Of a DNA stretch of 64,000 nucleotides, positions 26,222 to 36,965 are shown piece by piece. The first letter of the stretch is position 1; each line of letters begins with the position of its first letter. The stretch comes from Candidatus Eiseniibacteriota bacterium (lineage in GTDB: Bacteria; Eisenbacteria; RBG-16-71-46): contig CAVZLN010000009.1 of the NCBI GenBank assembly GCA_963776245.1, positions 224,426-288,425 on the forward strand, in the 5' to 3' direction. Below the pieces are notes generated by a model that saw nothing but the letters and a program-made list of their open reading frames with translations, had not been told where the DNA came from and did no database searches. Position numbers and translations under genes: made by a program.

Positions 26222-27250
26222 TCAGGCCGGGTCGCGGCCCGCCGCCTCGTCCGCGAACCAGCCGAGCGCGCGGGCGAGGTCCACGTTGCCGCCCGAGAGC
26301 AGCACGCCCACCCGCATCCCGCGCACGTCCACGCGCCCGCTCAGGGCCGCGGCCAGCCCGAGTGCCCCGGTGGGCTCCACCACCAGCTTCATCCGCTCCC
26401 ACAGGAAGCGCATCGCGCGGACCAACTCGCGGTCGGGCACCGTCACCACGTCGCGCACGTGGCGGCGGATGACGCTCAAGGTGAGCGGTCCGAGCGACGG
26501 TGTGCGCGCGCCGTCGGCGATGGTGCGCGGGCTCTCGACGCGTTCCAGCCTCCCGCTGCGGAAGGAGCGCGCGCCGTCGTCCCCCGCCTCGGGCTCGACG
26601 CCGATCACCGCGCAGTTCGGGCACACCTGGCGCGCCGCCACCGCGGAGCCCGAGAGCAGCCCGCCCCCACCGAGCGGCACCAGCAGCACGTCGAGCGGCC
26701 CCGCTTCGTCGAACAGCTCGGCCGCGGCCGTTCCCGCGCCGGCGAGGATGTCGGGATGGTCGAACGGCGGGACCAGGGTGAGCCCGCGCTCGCCGGCGAG
26801 CCGGAGCGCGAGCGCTTCGCGCGGCTCGCCCAGCCGATCGTGGTGGACGATCTCGGCGCCATAGCCGCGTGTCGCCTCGAGCTTGGCGGGCGGCGCGGTG
26901 GACGGCATCACGATGACCGCGCGGGTGCCGTGCAGGCGCGCCACCAGGGCCACCGCCTGGGCGTGATTGCCCGACGAGTACGCGATCACGCCGCGACGGC
27001 GTGCCTCCTCGGGCAGGGACGCGATGGCGTTCCACGCGCCGCGGAACTTGAACGCGCCCATCCGCTGGAGGTTCTCGCACTTGAGCGCCACCGAGGCGCC
27101 GAGGAGCGCGTCGAGGGTGCGCGAACGCGCCACCGGCGTGCGGTGCGCCACGCCCGCGAGCCGCCCGCGCGCCTCGGCGAGGCGCGCGGCCAGGTCCTCG
27201 TCCGGGTGGGCGGCGGCAGCCTCGCGCACCGGGTCGGGAAGCGCGCTCAT
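26222..27250 (-). CDS. PLP-dependent threonine/serine dehydratase family
   Basis: KCENLQRMGAFKFRGA, SSGNHAQ, PLGGGGL, LVVEPTG, LSGGN. Confidence 0.92.
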   Translation of the reverse strand: MSALPDPVREAAAAHPDEDLAARLAEARGRLAGVAHRTPVARSRTLDALLGASVALKCENLQRMGAFKFRGAWNAIASLPEEARRRGVIAYSSGNHAQAVALVARLHGTRAVIVMPSTAPPAKLEATRGYGAEIVHHDRLGEPREALALRLAGERGLTLVPPFDHPDILAGAGTAAAELFDEAGPLDVLLVPLGGGGLLSGSAVAARQVCPNCAVIGVEPEAGDDGARSFRSGRLERVESPRTIADGARTPSLGPLTLSVIRRHVRDVVTVPDRELVRAMRFLWERMKLVVEPTGALGLAAALSGRVDVRGMRVGVLLSGGNVDLARALGWFADEAAGRDPA

Positions 27251-27314
27251 GGCCGCGGACGCGCGACGGCGGCGCGGCGCTCAGCGCCCTCCCGGTGCGT
27301 TCCTCGCGGCCGCG

Positions 27315-28715
27315 TCATCCGCCCGCGCCGCCGCCCAGCTCGAGTCCGGGCTGGGTCTGGCGTGCCGGGTCGAGCGCCGCGTCGAGCTCGGCCGCCGGCA
27401 GGCCGGTCATCTCGCGCGCCAGCTCGCGCACCGTCCGCCGTTCCTTGAACGCGCGCTTGGCGATCTCGGCGGCCTTGTCGTAGCCGATCAGGGGATTGAG
27501 CGCGGTCGCCATGCTGGGCGAGATCTCGATGTAGTCGCGGCACGCCTCCGCGTCCGCCACCAGGCCGGCCAGCGCCCGGTCGGCGAACAGGCGCGACACG
27601 CTCGCCAGCAGCCGGACGCTCTCCAGCAGATTGCGCGCGATGAGGGGCAGCATGGTGTTGAGGTCGAGCTGGCCCCACTGGGCGCCCACCGTCACGGCCA
27701 CGTGGTTGCCCATCACCTGCGCGCCGACCTGCATCACCGCCTCGCAGATCACCGGGTTCACTTTGCCCGGCATGATGCTCGAGCCCGGCTGCACCGCGGG
27801 CAGCGTGATCTCGCCGAGCCCGCAGCGCGGGCCGCTCGCCAGCAGGCGCACGTCGTTGGCGATCTTCATCAGGCTGGCGGCCGTGCTGTTGAGCGCGGCG
27901 CTCGCCCACAGCGCCCCGTCCTGCGCGCCCTGCGCCTCGAAATGGTTGCGCGCCTCGCCGAAGGCCGTGCCCGCGAGCCGGCCGATCTCCTCCGCCATGC
28001 GGCGCCCGAACTCGGGGTGGGTGTTGAGCCCGGTGCCGACCGCGGTGCCGCCGATCGCCAGCTCGCGCAGGTCCGGCAGCGTCGCCCGGACGCGGGCGAT
28101 CGAGTGCTCGACCTGCGAGGCGTAGCCCGAGAACTCCTGGCCGAGCCGGATGGGCGTGGCGTCCATGAGGTGGGTGCGCCCGCTCTTGATCACCGGGTGG
28201 AACGCCTTCGCCCGCTCGTCGAGCACCTGCCGGAGGTGCTCGAGCGCCGGCAGCAGTTCCCGCTCGATCTGCGTCAGCGCCGCGATGTGCACCACGCTCG
28301 GGATCACGTCGTTGCTGCTCTGGCCGAAGTTGACGTGGTCGTTCGGATGCACCTTGAGCCCCGAGGCGCGCGACGCCAGCCGCGCGATGACCTCGTTGGC
28401 GTTCATGTTGCTGCTGGTGCCGCTCCCGGTCTGGAACACGTCGATCGGGAACTCGGCGTCCCACTTGCCGTCGGCCACCTCGCGCGCCGCGGCGCCGATG
28501 GCCCCGGCGATCGCCGCATCCACGGTGCCGAGGTCGGTGTTGACCTTCGCGGCCGCCGCTTTCACCAGCGCGAGCGCGTGCACGAACTCGGGCGGCAGGG
28601 GGCGGCCCGAGACCGGGAAGTTCTCCACCGCGCGCTGCGTCTGCGGTCCCCACAGCGCCTGCGTGGGCACCCGCATCTCCCCCATGCTGTCCTTCTCGAT
28701 CCGGAACTCGGTCAT
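27315..28715 (-). CDS. fumC: Class II fumarate hydratase
   Basis: RIEKDSMG, QTGSGTSSNMNANE, KSGRTHLMDA, GSSIMPGKVNP. Confidence 0.95.
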   Translation of the reverse strand: MTEFRIEKDSMGEMRVPTQALWGPQTQRAVENFPVSGRPLPPEFVHALALVKAAAAKVNTDLGTVDAAIAGAIGAAAREVADGKWDAEFPIDVFQTGSGTSSNMNANEVIARLASRASGLKVHPNDHVNFGQSSNDVIPSVVHIAALTQIERELLPALEHLRQVLDERAKAFHPVIKSGRTHLMDATPIRLGQEFSGYASQVEHSIARVRATLPDLRELAIGGTAVGTGLNTHPEFGRRMAEEIGRLAGTAFGEARNHFEAQGAQDGALWASAALNSTAASLMKIANDVRLLASGPRCGLGEITLPAVQPGSSIMPGKVNPVICEAVMQVGAQVMGNHVAVTVGAQWGQLDLNTMLPLIARNLLESVRLLASVSRLFADRALAGLVADAEACRDYIEISPSMATALNPLIGYDKAAEIAKRAFKERRTVRELAREMTGLPAAELDAALDPARQTQPGLELGGGAGG

Positions 28716-28765
28716 CTCACTCTCCTCACCGCGCGTGCCACGAGCGGCCCGCGCCGGTCCGCCGG

Positions 28766-29194
28766 TCACACCGGCACGATCTCGAAGCGGCTGGTGATCT
28801 CGATGTCGTGGCCGAGCGACGCGTGCACCGCACAGTACTTGGTGTCGCTCAGCGTGATGGCTTCCTGCACCGCCGCGGGGCTCAAGTCCGGCCCCGTGAC
28901 GCGGTGGAGCACGTCGATGCGGGTGTAGCGCCTGGGGTGCTCCTCGCGCTGCTCGCCCGAGACGATCACCTCGTACGCGCGCACGTCCTGGCGCTTCTTG
29001 CGCAGGATGCTCGCCACGTCCATGCCGGTGCATCCGCCCAGCGCCACGAGCACCAGCTCGACCGGGGTCGGGGCGGTTGCGCCCACCGCGTTGTCGAGCA
29101 CCAGGGTCTTGGCACTGCCGGTGGTCGCGGCGAAACGCACTGAGGTCCCCGTGGGCTCCTCGAGCGTCAGGCGCGCGCTCTTGATCGTCGTCAT
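28766..29194 (-). CDS. OsmC-family protein
   Basis: PTPVELVLVALGGCTGMDV...LSDTKYCAVHASL. Confidence 0.9.
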   Translation of the reverse strand: MTTIKSARLTLEEPTGTSVRFAATTGSAKTLVLDNAVGATAPTPVELVLVALGGCTGMDVASILRKKRQDVRAYEVIVSGEQREEHPRRYTRIDVLHRVTGPDLSPAAVQEAITLSDTKYCAVHASLGHDIEITSRFEIVPV

Positions 29195-29375
29195 CCTGCC
29201 CTCCGGGCGCCCGGGTGTCCGCCGCGGCAGCCCGCGGCCGGTGGTGCGCCGTCCCACGCCGCCAGCGGGTCGCGGGCGGCGCGCGCCGGCCAGTGGAACA
29301 CGTCGCGGGCCCGCCCGTCGAGCGGGGCAGCCGGTCCCGCCGTCGTCACGCCGGCCCGCTCCTGGCGGAGGACCG

Positions 29376-30725
29376 TCACCCGCCCTCCGGCGGACCGCCG
29401 CGGACCGGCGGCGGCGCGTCGAGCGGCAGATCCAGTTCCTCGTCCGAGAGCACCGCCCGGCGGTTGAGGATCTGCGAGACATCGTGCTCGAAGAACAGAT
29501 GGGTCAGGTGATCGAGGCCGACCTCGATCTGCTTGCGCAGCCCCACCATCTTCACCAGATAGGCGCCGGCCCACATCAGCCAGGCCAGCCGCCCCGAGAA
29601 CCGGAGCCCGAACAGGTCCACCACGCTGCTGTGCTGACCGAGCGAGATGATATAGCCCCGCGCCCGGAACCCGAACTCCCGCGGCGCGCGGCCCTGCGCC
29701 TGGCGCACCAGCGTCTCGCCCACGTGGGCTCCCATCGCCATCGCGGTCTGGGCGAGCGCCGGATGGAACCGCCCGTGCTTGTCCATGGCCGCGGCGCAGT
29801 CGCCGATCACGTGCACGTCGTCGCGCGGCGTGCCGTCGGGCGCGAGCGCCCGCAGCCCGGCGTCCACGCGCACACGTCCATCCCGATCGTGAAGCAACGG
29901 CAACTCGCGGACCACCTCCGGCGGGTGCACCCCCGCGGTCCACAGGAGGGTGAATCCCTCGACCCGCGCGCCGTCCTCGAGCACCACCGCGCGCGGCTCC
30001 ACGCGCGCGACCAGGGCGCCGGTGCGCACCACGATGCCACTGCGCTCGAGGAAGCGCGTGACGTACTCGGAGTGCGCGGGCAGCGCCGTGGGCACCACCC
30101 GGTCGCCGCCCTCGAGCAGCGTGATGGACAGGTGCGAGGGCCGCACGCTGGAGAAGCGGGGCAGCAGGGTCTCGCGCGCCATCTCCACCAGCTCCGCCGC
30201 CACCTCCGCCCCGGTCACCCCGCCGCCCACCACCACGAACGAGAGCAGGCGGCGGCGCTGCGACTCGGTCTGGGCCTGCTCGGCCATCTCGAACAGCTCC
30301 ACCACGCGCGCCCGCAGGTTCATCGCGTCCACCACGGTCTTGAACGGGCGGGTGTGCTCGGCGGCCCCGGGCACGCCGTAGTGGTTGGTCACGCTGCCCA
30401 CCGCGATCACCAGGTGGTCCCACGGTCGCTCGAGACCGTTGTGCAGCCGGACCACGCGCTGCCCGAGATCGATGCCGGTGGCCTTGTTCTTGTGGAACCG
30501 CAGGTGGCGATGGCGCGCCATGGCGCGCAGCGGATAGACGATGTGGCGGGTCTCCACCGCGCCGGTCGCCACCGCGGGCAGCAGCGGATTGAACTGGAAG
30601 AAGTTCTCCTTGTCGATCACCAGGGTGTCCCAGTAACCGCGCGCGGCGCGCGAGCGCCCGATCGCGCGCGCCACGTCGAGCCCGCCGAACCCGCACCCGA
30701 GGATCACCAGCCGTCGTCCCGCCAT
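29376..30725 (-). CDS. ndh: Type II NADH dehydrogenase-like FAD oxidoreductase
   Basis: VILGCGFGG, FNPLLP, VVVGGGVTGAE, WTAGV, IGDCA, ALAQTA. Confidence 0.85.
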   Translation of the reverse strand: MAGRRLVILGCGFGGLDVARAIGRSRAARGYWDTLVIDKENFFQFNPLLPAVATGAVETRHIVYPLRAMARHRHLRFHKNKATGIDLGQRVVRLHNGLERPWDHLVIAVGSVTNHYGVPGAAEHTRPFKTVVDAMNLRARVVELFEMAEQAQTESQRRRLLSFVVVGGGVTGAEVAAELVEMARETLLPRFSSVRPSHLSITLLEGGDRVVPTALPAHSEYVTRFLERSGIVVRTGALVARVEPRAVVLEDGARVEGFTLLWTAGVHPPEVVRELPLLHDRDGRVRVDAGLRALAPDGTPRDDVHVIGDCAAAMDKHGRFHPALAQTAMAMGAHVGETLVRQAQGRAPREFGFRARGYIISLGQHSSVVDLFGLRFSGRLAWLMWAGAYLVKMVGLRKQIEVGLDHLTHLFFEHDVSQILNRRAVLSDEELDLPLDAPPPVRGGPPEGG

Positions 30726-30733
30726 GATGCCGC

Positions 30734-30760
30734 AGGATAGCACCCGCCCTCTGATACAGT
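30734..30760. promoter_or_regulatory. Back-to-back extended -10 promoters for ndh (-) and the GT2 gene (+)
   Basis: TGcTATCCT-N8-ATG on minus and TGaTACAGT-N8-ATG on plus within a 43-bp gap. Confidence 0.6.
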
Positions 30761-30768
30761 CCGCTCCC

Positions 30769-31728
30769 ATGCCGCTGATCTCGGTGCTCCTCCCGGTGCG
30801 CGATGCCGCGCCCTGGCTCGCCGCCTCGCTCGCCTCGCTGTGGCGCCAGACCTGCGACGACTTCGAGGTGGTCGCGGTGGACGACGGCTCCCACGACGGC
30901 TCGGGCGCGCTGCTCGACCGTGCCGCCACGCGCGAGCCGCGGCTGCGGGTGGTCCACACGCCGCCGCGCGGGCTGCCGCAGGCGCTCGAGACCGCGCGGG
31001 CGATGGCGCGCGCGCCGCTCATCGCCCGGCACGACGCCGACGACCTCTCCCATCGCGAGCGCTTCGCGCTCCAGGCGGCCCACCTGCGCGCCCATCCGCG
31101 GGTGGCGGTGGTGGGTTGCCGCCTGCGTGTCTTCCCCGCCGCGCACGCCGGGGCCGGGATGCACCGCTGGGCGGCCTGGCACAACGCGCTGCTCGGGCAC
31201 GACGCGATGGCGGACGAGGCGCTCATCGACAGCCCGCTCGCCCACGGCACCGCGCTGATCCGGCGCGCCTGGCTGGCGCGCGTGGGGGGCTGGCACGAGC
31301 GTGGCTGGGCGGAGGATCTCGACCTGTGGCTGCGCCTGCTCGAACGCGGCGCGCGCTTCGCCAAGCTCCCGCGCACGCTCTACGGCTGGCGCCAGCACGC
31401 CGGTTCGTCCACCCGCCGCGATCCGCGCTACGCCCCGGCTCGATTCATGGACCTGCGCGAGCACGCGCTGCTGCGCACGCTGCTGCGGCGGCGGCGCGCC
31501 GCCACGCTGGTGGGCGTGGGGATCACCGCGGCGGCCTGGACCGCCCGGTTGTGCCGCCACCTGAGCGTTGCGGCGGTGGAGGCGGGACGGCCATCCGCGC
31601 GGGTGCTCGCGGCGCTCGAACCGCCGGTGGTGCTGGTGTTCGGCGCCGCTCCGGCACGCGCTCGCTGGCGTGACGCGCTGCGGACATCCGGCCTCACGGA
31701 ACGACGCGATTTCGTATTCGTCGCCTGA
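30769..31728 (+). CDS. Glycosyltransferase family 2
   Basis: ISVLLPVRD, VDDGSHD, RHDADD, AEDLDLW. Confidence 0.9.
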   Translation: MPLISVLLPVRDAAPWLAASLASLWRQTCDDFEVVAVDDGSHDGSGALLDRAATREPRLRVVHTPPRGLPQALETARAMARAPLIARHDADDLSHRERFALQAAHLRAHPRVAVVGCRLRVFPAAHAGAGMHRWAAWHNALLGHDAMADEALIDSPLAHGTALIRRAWLARVGGWHERGWAEDLDLWLRLLERGARFAKLPRTLYGWRQHAGSSTRRDPRYAPARFMDLREHALLRTLLRRRRAATLVGVGITAAAWTARLCRHLSVAAVEAGRPSARVLAALEPPVVLVFGAAPARARWRDALRTSGLTERRDFVFVA

Positions 31729-31874
31729 CCCCATTGAATCCCAATCGCAGACTTTCGGGTTCCATGACAACCGATAGCGATCGTGCGTCGAGACTCCCGT
31801 CCGAGTGCAGCGAGGCCGCTGCGAGCCGCACGCATTGATATTCGATCCGATCTCACTCTCGAGCAGGGGGCCCC

Positions 31875-32222
31875 ATGGCCAAAGCACGGAAGAAGCGCCA
31901 GAACTACACCGACGAGCAGCGCACCCACATCCTCGCGACCGCGGCCAAGGAGAAGCTCACCGCGGCGCAGGTGAAGAAGAAGTTCGGCGTCACGCAGGTG
32001 ACCTACTACTCCTGGCGCAAGAAGAGCGGCGTGTCCGCGCGCCGCGGCGGCCGGACCGCCGGCAGGGTGGCCATCCCGGCCGGGGATCTCGCCGGCCAGG
32101 TGCGCGCCGAGGTGCAGTCCAAGGTGCGGCAGATCCTGCCCGCCATCGTGCGCACCGAGGTCAGCGCGTATCTCGACACGCTGTTCGGCGCCCGCCGCCG
32201 CGGCCGCCGCGCCCGGGCCTAG
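31875..32222 (+). CDS. Small basic HTH DNA-binding protein (IS3 OrfA-like HTH, no integrase partner)
   Basis: RQNYTDEQR...QVKKKFGVTQVTYYSWRKK; Arg/Lys-rich ends. Confidence 0.8.
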   Translation: MAKARKKRQNYTDEQRTHILATAAKEKLTAAQVKKKFGVTQVTYYSWRKKSGVSARRGGRTAGRVAIPAGDLAGQVRAEVQSKVRQILPAIVRTEVSAYLDTLFGARRRGRRARA

Positions 32223-32239
32223 ACGATCCGGAAGCATCG

Positions 32240-32267
32240 ACGGCCCGGGCGCTCGCGCCCGGGCCGT
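32240..32267. terminator. GC hairpin between convergent genes
   Basis: ACGGCCCGGGCG-ctcg-CGCCCGGGCCGT, 12-bp perfect stem. Confidence 0.6.
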
Positions 32268-32295
32268 TCGCGTGCCGCGCGGTCCCGCGCCGGAC

Positions 32296-33005
32296 TCAGC
32301 CCCCCGCGGAGTCCAGCCGGCTCGCCGCCCCCTCGTCGAGGTGCCAGTCGCGCTCGCCGAGGAAGGAAGCGGGCGTGAGGGTGTCCCCGCCCGGCGACTC
32401 GAGCGCGCGGCTCACCGCCTCCGCCTTGGACGCGCCGGTCGCGAGCACCAGCACGAGGCGCGCGGCGCGGATCGCGGGCGGCAGCAGCGTGAGCCGGCGC
32501 GCGGGCGGCTTGGGGCTGTCCCACACCGCACCGACGTGCCGCGCCCGCTCGTGGAGCAGCGGCGAGCCCGGGAACAGCGACGCCACGTGGCCGTCCTCGC
32601 CCAGCCCGAGCACCAGCACGTCGAGCGGCTCCGCGAGCAGCGCCTCGTACTCGCGCGCCGCGGCCTCGAGGTCGGGCGCCTCGGCGCGCATCCGGTGCAC
32701 GTGGGCGGCCGGGATGCCGACCCGCGCGAGCAGGCGCTCGCGGACGAGGCGGAAGTTGCTCTGCGGATCGTCGGGCGGCACCGCGCGCTCGTCGGCGAAC
32801 AGCACGTGGGTCGCGTTCCACGCGATGGCGGCCCCGGCCGCACCGCGGCCAGCGCGGCGTACACCGGCTCCGGGGTGCGGCCGCCCGGCAGCGCGATGCG
32901 GAAGCGTCCGCGCCGGGCGACGGCGTCTCCCGCGGCGCGCGCGATCGCGGCCGCCACTGCGGCACCGAACGCCGCGGCACCGGCGTGCACCGCGATGCTC
33001 GCCAC
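32296..33005 (-). CDS. pgl: 6-phosphogluconolactonase (frameshift near 32825)
   Basis: ALPGGRTP / FADERAVPPDDPQSN, LGLGEDGHVASLFPG, RRLTL. Confidence 0.9.
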
Positions 33006-33013
33006 GCGGCCCG

Positions 33014-34539
33014 CTACAGCTCCCGCCACGCGTGGCGGTCGCGCTGCATCAACTCATCCGCGCAGGCCGGGCCCCACGAGCCCGGCGCGTACGAGGGCAA
33101 CTCCACCGGCGGATGCCGCTCGAAGTGCTGCAGGATGGGCGTGATCCAGGTCCACGAGGTCTCGACCGCGTCGCGTCGCGAGAACAGCGTGGCGTCGCCG
33201 CGCATCGCGTCGAGCAGCAGGCGCTCGTACGCCTCGGGCGGCTCGCCGCCGAACGCCTCGACGTAGTTCATGTCCATCTTGACCGTGCCGACTGCGCAGG
33301 TCGGGCCCCGGGATCTTGGAGCAGAACCACAGCTCGATGCCCTCGTCGGGCTGGATGCGCACGGTGAGCACGTTGGGCTCGATCGCGCTCGCACACGTCG
33401 CCGTGGCCGAACAGCGAGAGCGGCACCGGGCGCAGGTGGAGCGAGACCTCGGTGACGCGCTTCGCCAGCCGCTTGCCGGTGCGCAGGTAGAACGGCACGC
33501 CCTGCCAGCGCCAGTTGTCCACGAACACGCGCATCGCCGCGAACGTCGGCGTGACCGAGTCCTTCGCCACCTCGGGCTCGTCGCGGTAGCCGGCGTACTG
33601 GCCGAGCACCACGTCGCGCTCGACGGTGTCGCTCCACGGCTCGCGCAGCGCCTTCAGCACCTTGAGCTTCTCCAGCGCACGTCGTCGGCGCCCGCCGGTG
33701 GTGGGCGGCTCCATCGCGCACCAGCGCCAGCACCTCGAGCAGGTGGTTCTGGACGATGTCGCGCAGCACGCCGGTCTGCTCGTAGAACGAGCCGCGCCGT
33801 TCCACGCCCACGGTCTCGGCCATGCAGATCTGCGACGTGCTCGACGTACTTGCGGTTCCACACCGGCTCGAAGATGCAGTTGCGCGAACCGGAACACCAT
33901 GAGGTTCTGCACCGTCTCCTTGCCGAGGTAGTGGTCGATGCGGAACGTCTGCGATTCGTCAAGCACGTGCGCGAGCAGGCGTTCAGCGCCATGCGCCGAC
34001 TCGAGGTCGCGGCCGAACGGCTTCTCGACGATGACGCGCGACCAGGGCGCCTGGTACGGCGGATGGATGAGCCCTGCGGCCTTCATGTGATGGAGGATGG
34101 GCGTGAACTCGTCGGGCGGCACCGCCAGGTAGAAGAGCCGGTTGCCTGCCGAGCCCGCGCTCGGCGTCGAGGACCTGCGAGGCGCGCCGCGAGCCGCGCG
34201 TACGCTCGCGGATCGTCGAAGTCGCCGCCCACGTAGTCGAGGCAGCCGGCTGAAGCCGTCCCACACCTTCGGGTCCGCCGGGCGGCGGCGCGAGAACGCG
34301 TCGACGCCGTCGCGCATCTCGCGCGGAACTCGTCCGCGCTCCAGCGGCCGGCGCGCGAAGCCCACGGCCGCGAACCGCGCGGGCAGCGCGCCCGTCGTGC
34401 GCCAGGTTGTAGAGCGCCGGCACCAGCTTGCGCTTGCGTCAGGTCGCCGGTGGCGCCGAAGATCACCATCGCGCACGGCGGCGCCTCGCGCACCGGCGTC
34501 GGCGCCGGCATGGGCACGTGCGTCTCGACGCGCGGTCAC
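33014..34539 (-). CDS. zwf: Glucose-6-phosphate 1-dehydrogenase (many indels)
   Basis: IFGATGDL, EKPFGRD, RIDHYLGKETVQN, RDIVQNH, RWQGVPFYLRTGK, YERLLLDAMRGD in alternating frames. Confidence 0.93.
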
Positions 34540-34540
34540 G

Positions 34541-35446
34541 CTACTTCTCCTTCACCGCGTGGCCGCCGAACTGATGGCGCAGCGCCGCGAGCACGCGGTC
34601 GCGGAACGAGTCGTCCTGGCGCGAGCGGAACCGGTTGAGCAGCGAGAGCGTGAGCACCTCGGCGGGCACGTCGAGGTCGATCGCCGCCTGCACGGTCCAG
34701 CGCCCCTCCCCCGAGTCCTCGCACGTAGCCGCGGATCTTCTCGAGCGCCGGGTCGGCGGTGAAGGCGCGCTCGGCCAGCTCGAGCAGCCACGAGCGCACC
34801 ACGCTGCCCTGGTTCCACAGGTGGGCGAGCTTCGGCCAGGTCGTACGGGTACTCGCTGCGCTCTGCAGGATCTCGAAGCCCTCGGCGTACGACTGCATCA
34901 TGCCGTACTCGATGCCGTTGTGGATCATCTTCGAGAAGTGCCCGGCGCCGGCGGGGCCGACGTGCCGCCAGCCGTCGGGCGGCGCCAGCGAGTCGAGCGC
35001 GGGCTTGAGCCGCGCGATGCGCCTCGTCGGGCCCGCCCAGCCATGATGCAGTAGCCGTTCTCGAGGCCCCAGATGCCGCCCGGAGGTCCCGGCGTCGGCG
35101 TACAGCAGTCCGGCCGCCGCGACGCGCGCGGCGCGGCGCTTGGAGTCCTGGTAGTTCGAGTTGCCGCCGTCCACGATCAGGTCGCCCGGCGCGAGCAGCG
35201 GCAGCAGCGTGTCGATCGCGTCGTCGACCGGCTGGCCGGCCGGGATCATGAGCCAGACCGCGCGCGGGGCGGCGAGCGCCCGCACCACCTCGGCGAGCGA
35301 ATGCGCGCGGCACGGCGCCGTGCGCGCGCGCCTCCTCGACGGGGCCGGGCGAGCGATTGAACGCCACCACCCGGTGTCCGGCGCGCAGCAGGCGGTAGCG
35401 TCATGTTGAGGCCCATGCGGCCGAGGCCGACGATCGCCAGTTCCAT
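34541..35446 (-). CDS. gnd: Decarboxylating 6-phosphogluconate dehydrogenase, short type (indels)
   Basis: GLGRMGLNM, DGGNS, GHFSKMIHNGIEYGMMQ, SVVRSWL, RHQFGGH; GGAAGGAG SD. Confidence 0.92.
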
Positions 35447-35560
35447 GGAGAGGCTCCTTCCTCGAGGGTGACGCGCGGGGGGAAGCGCGCACGGGCAGGT
35501 CGTTTTCCCGAGCATCAAAGCGTGTGCGGACCGCGGGCGCAAGCGGGAACCGCGCGGAGT

Positions 35561-36749
35561 CTACTCCGCCGGGCAGCGGCTGGTGCGACGCGGCGGCGCC
35601 GGCGTGCGGCTGCGGCTGGCGCGGCAGCCGGAGCGCGCACACCAGGCCGGCGACCAGCAGCGTGGAGAGCGTGGTGAGCGCCACCGGCAGGCCGCGATGG
35701 TCGGCGAGCGCGCCGATCGGACTGATGAGGAGCGCGCCCACGCCCCACGCCGCGCCCATCAGCAGGCTCGAGATGGTGCTCGAGTGCCGCGGCGCGAGCT
35801 CCTGCCCGAGCACCACGTTCACGGGCAGCGAGGCCTGGAGCACGAACGAGCCGAGCACCAGGCACACCAGCCCGGGCCGGTCGGGCAGGGCCAGGAACGC
35901 GGCGAACAGGGGCGCGGCGCCGGCGAACGAGATCACCACCACGCGCCGGCCGCCGACGCGCTCGGCGAGCCACCCGCCGGCGAAGCCGCCGAGCGCCCCG
36001 AGCCCGAGATAGGCGGTGACCAGCAGGCCGCCGGTCGCGACCGAGTAGCCGCGCGCGTGGAGGTGGATGGGCAGCAGGGTCATGAAGCCGTACGACACGG
36101 CGGAACGGCACACCACGGCGAAGTAGAGCAAGAGGAGCGGGCGCAGCACGGGCCTGAGCTCCGAGAGCGCGGGACGCGCGCCGATCGCGCGCGCGGGCAT
36201 CGCGAGCCGGGTGGTCTGGGTGAACAGGACCGCGCCGAGCAGCAGCCCGGGCGCCATCGCGATCCACGATCGTTCGAGACCGACGAGGTTGGTCACGGTC
36301 ACGGCGTAGAGCGGGCCGAGCGCGAATCCGAGGGTGCCGCCGGTGATGAAGACGGACATGGCGAGCGAGCGCCGGCCCTCGCCGTGGGCGGCGAGCACGG
36401 CGGCCTGGGGATGGAAGGCGGCGACGCCGAGGCCACCGAGCATGAGGAGCGCGACCAGCGCCCCGAACGAGGGGGCGCGGCCGACCGAGGCGAGGAACGC
36501 GGCGGCGATCAAGGGGCCGATCGCCACGAACCAGGGGCGGCGGACGCGGTCGGAGAGCAGGCCGAAAAGGGGCTGGGAGAACGACGAGGCGAGCGAGGCG
36601 ATCGCCACGAGGGCGCCGACCCGCGTGAGGCTGAGGTCGAGGCGCTGCATGAGGAGCGGCAGGAGCGGCGGGAAGAACGACGAGTACGCGTCGATGGTGA
36701 AGTGCGCTGTCGCTAGCAGCGCGAGCCGGGGAGTGAGGAGGCGTCTCAT
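35561..36749 (-). CDS. MFS transporter (Fsr-like); 3' end uncertain, probable indel
   Basis: AHFTIDAY...QPLFGLLSDR, AAFHPQA, GGWLAERVGGRR; ~12 TM; nearest plausible TAG at 35561 is one base out of frame. Confidence 0.8.
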
Positions 36750-36965
36750 TCGGAGCGCGACCATAGCACGAGGGGTGCGCGGCGACGCGTGCTCGTGGGC
36801 CGGGCTCGCCACGATGGTCGGGGTCGCCCAGGGACTCTGCTCGTTCCCGCTCACCACGGTGCTCGTGGTCCGCTCACCGGGGACGGTGCATCCTCCGGGG
36901 CATGAATCCGCTCCGCCGGGATGCCCCTTCGGACGCACCGTCCCCGGCGCGCTGCGTGGCGCGGG

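Noticed and set aside
31875..32222. IS3-family insertion sequence
   Set aside because: No OrfB, terminal inverted repeats or target duplication
32296..35446. Pseudogenisation or programmed frameshifting of the oxidative PPP genes
   Set aside because: Too many scattered indels, no slippery sites, motifs intact; sequencing error is more likely
34536..36938. MFS-Gnd fusion (800-aa ORF)
   Set aside because: Indel read-through; gnd has its own SD and ATG at 35446
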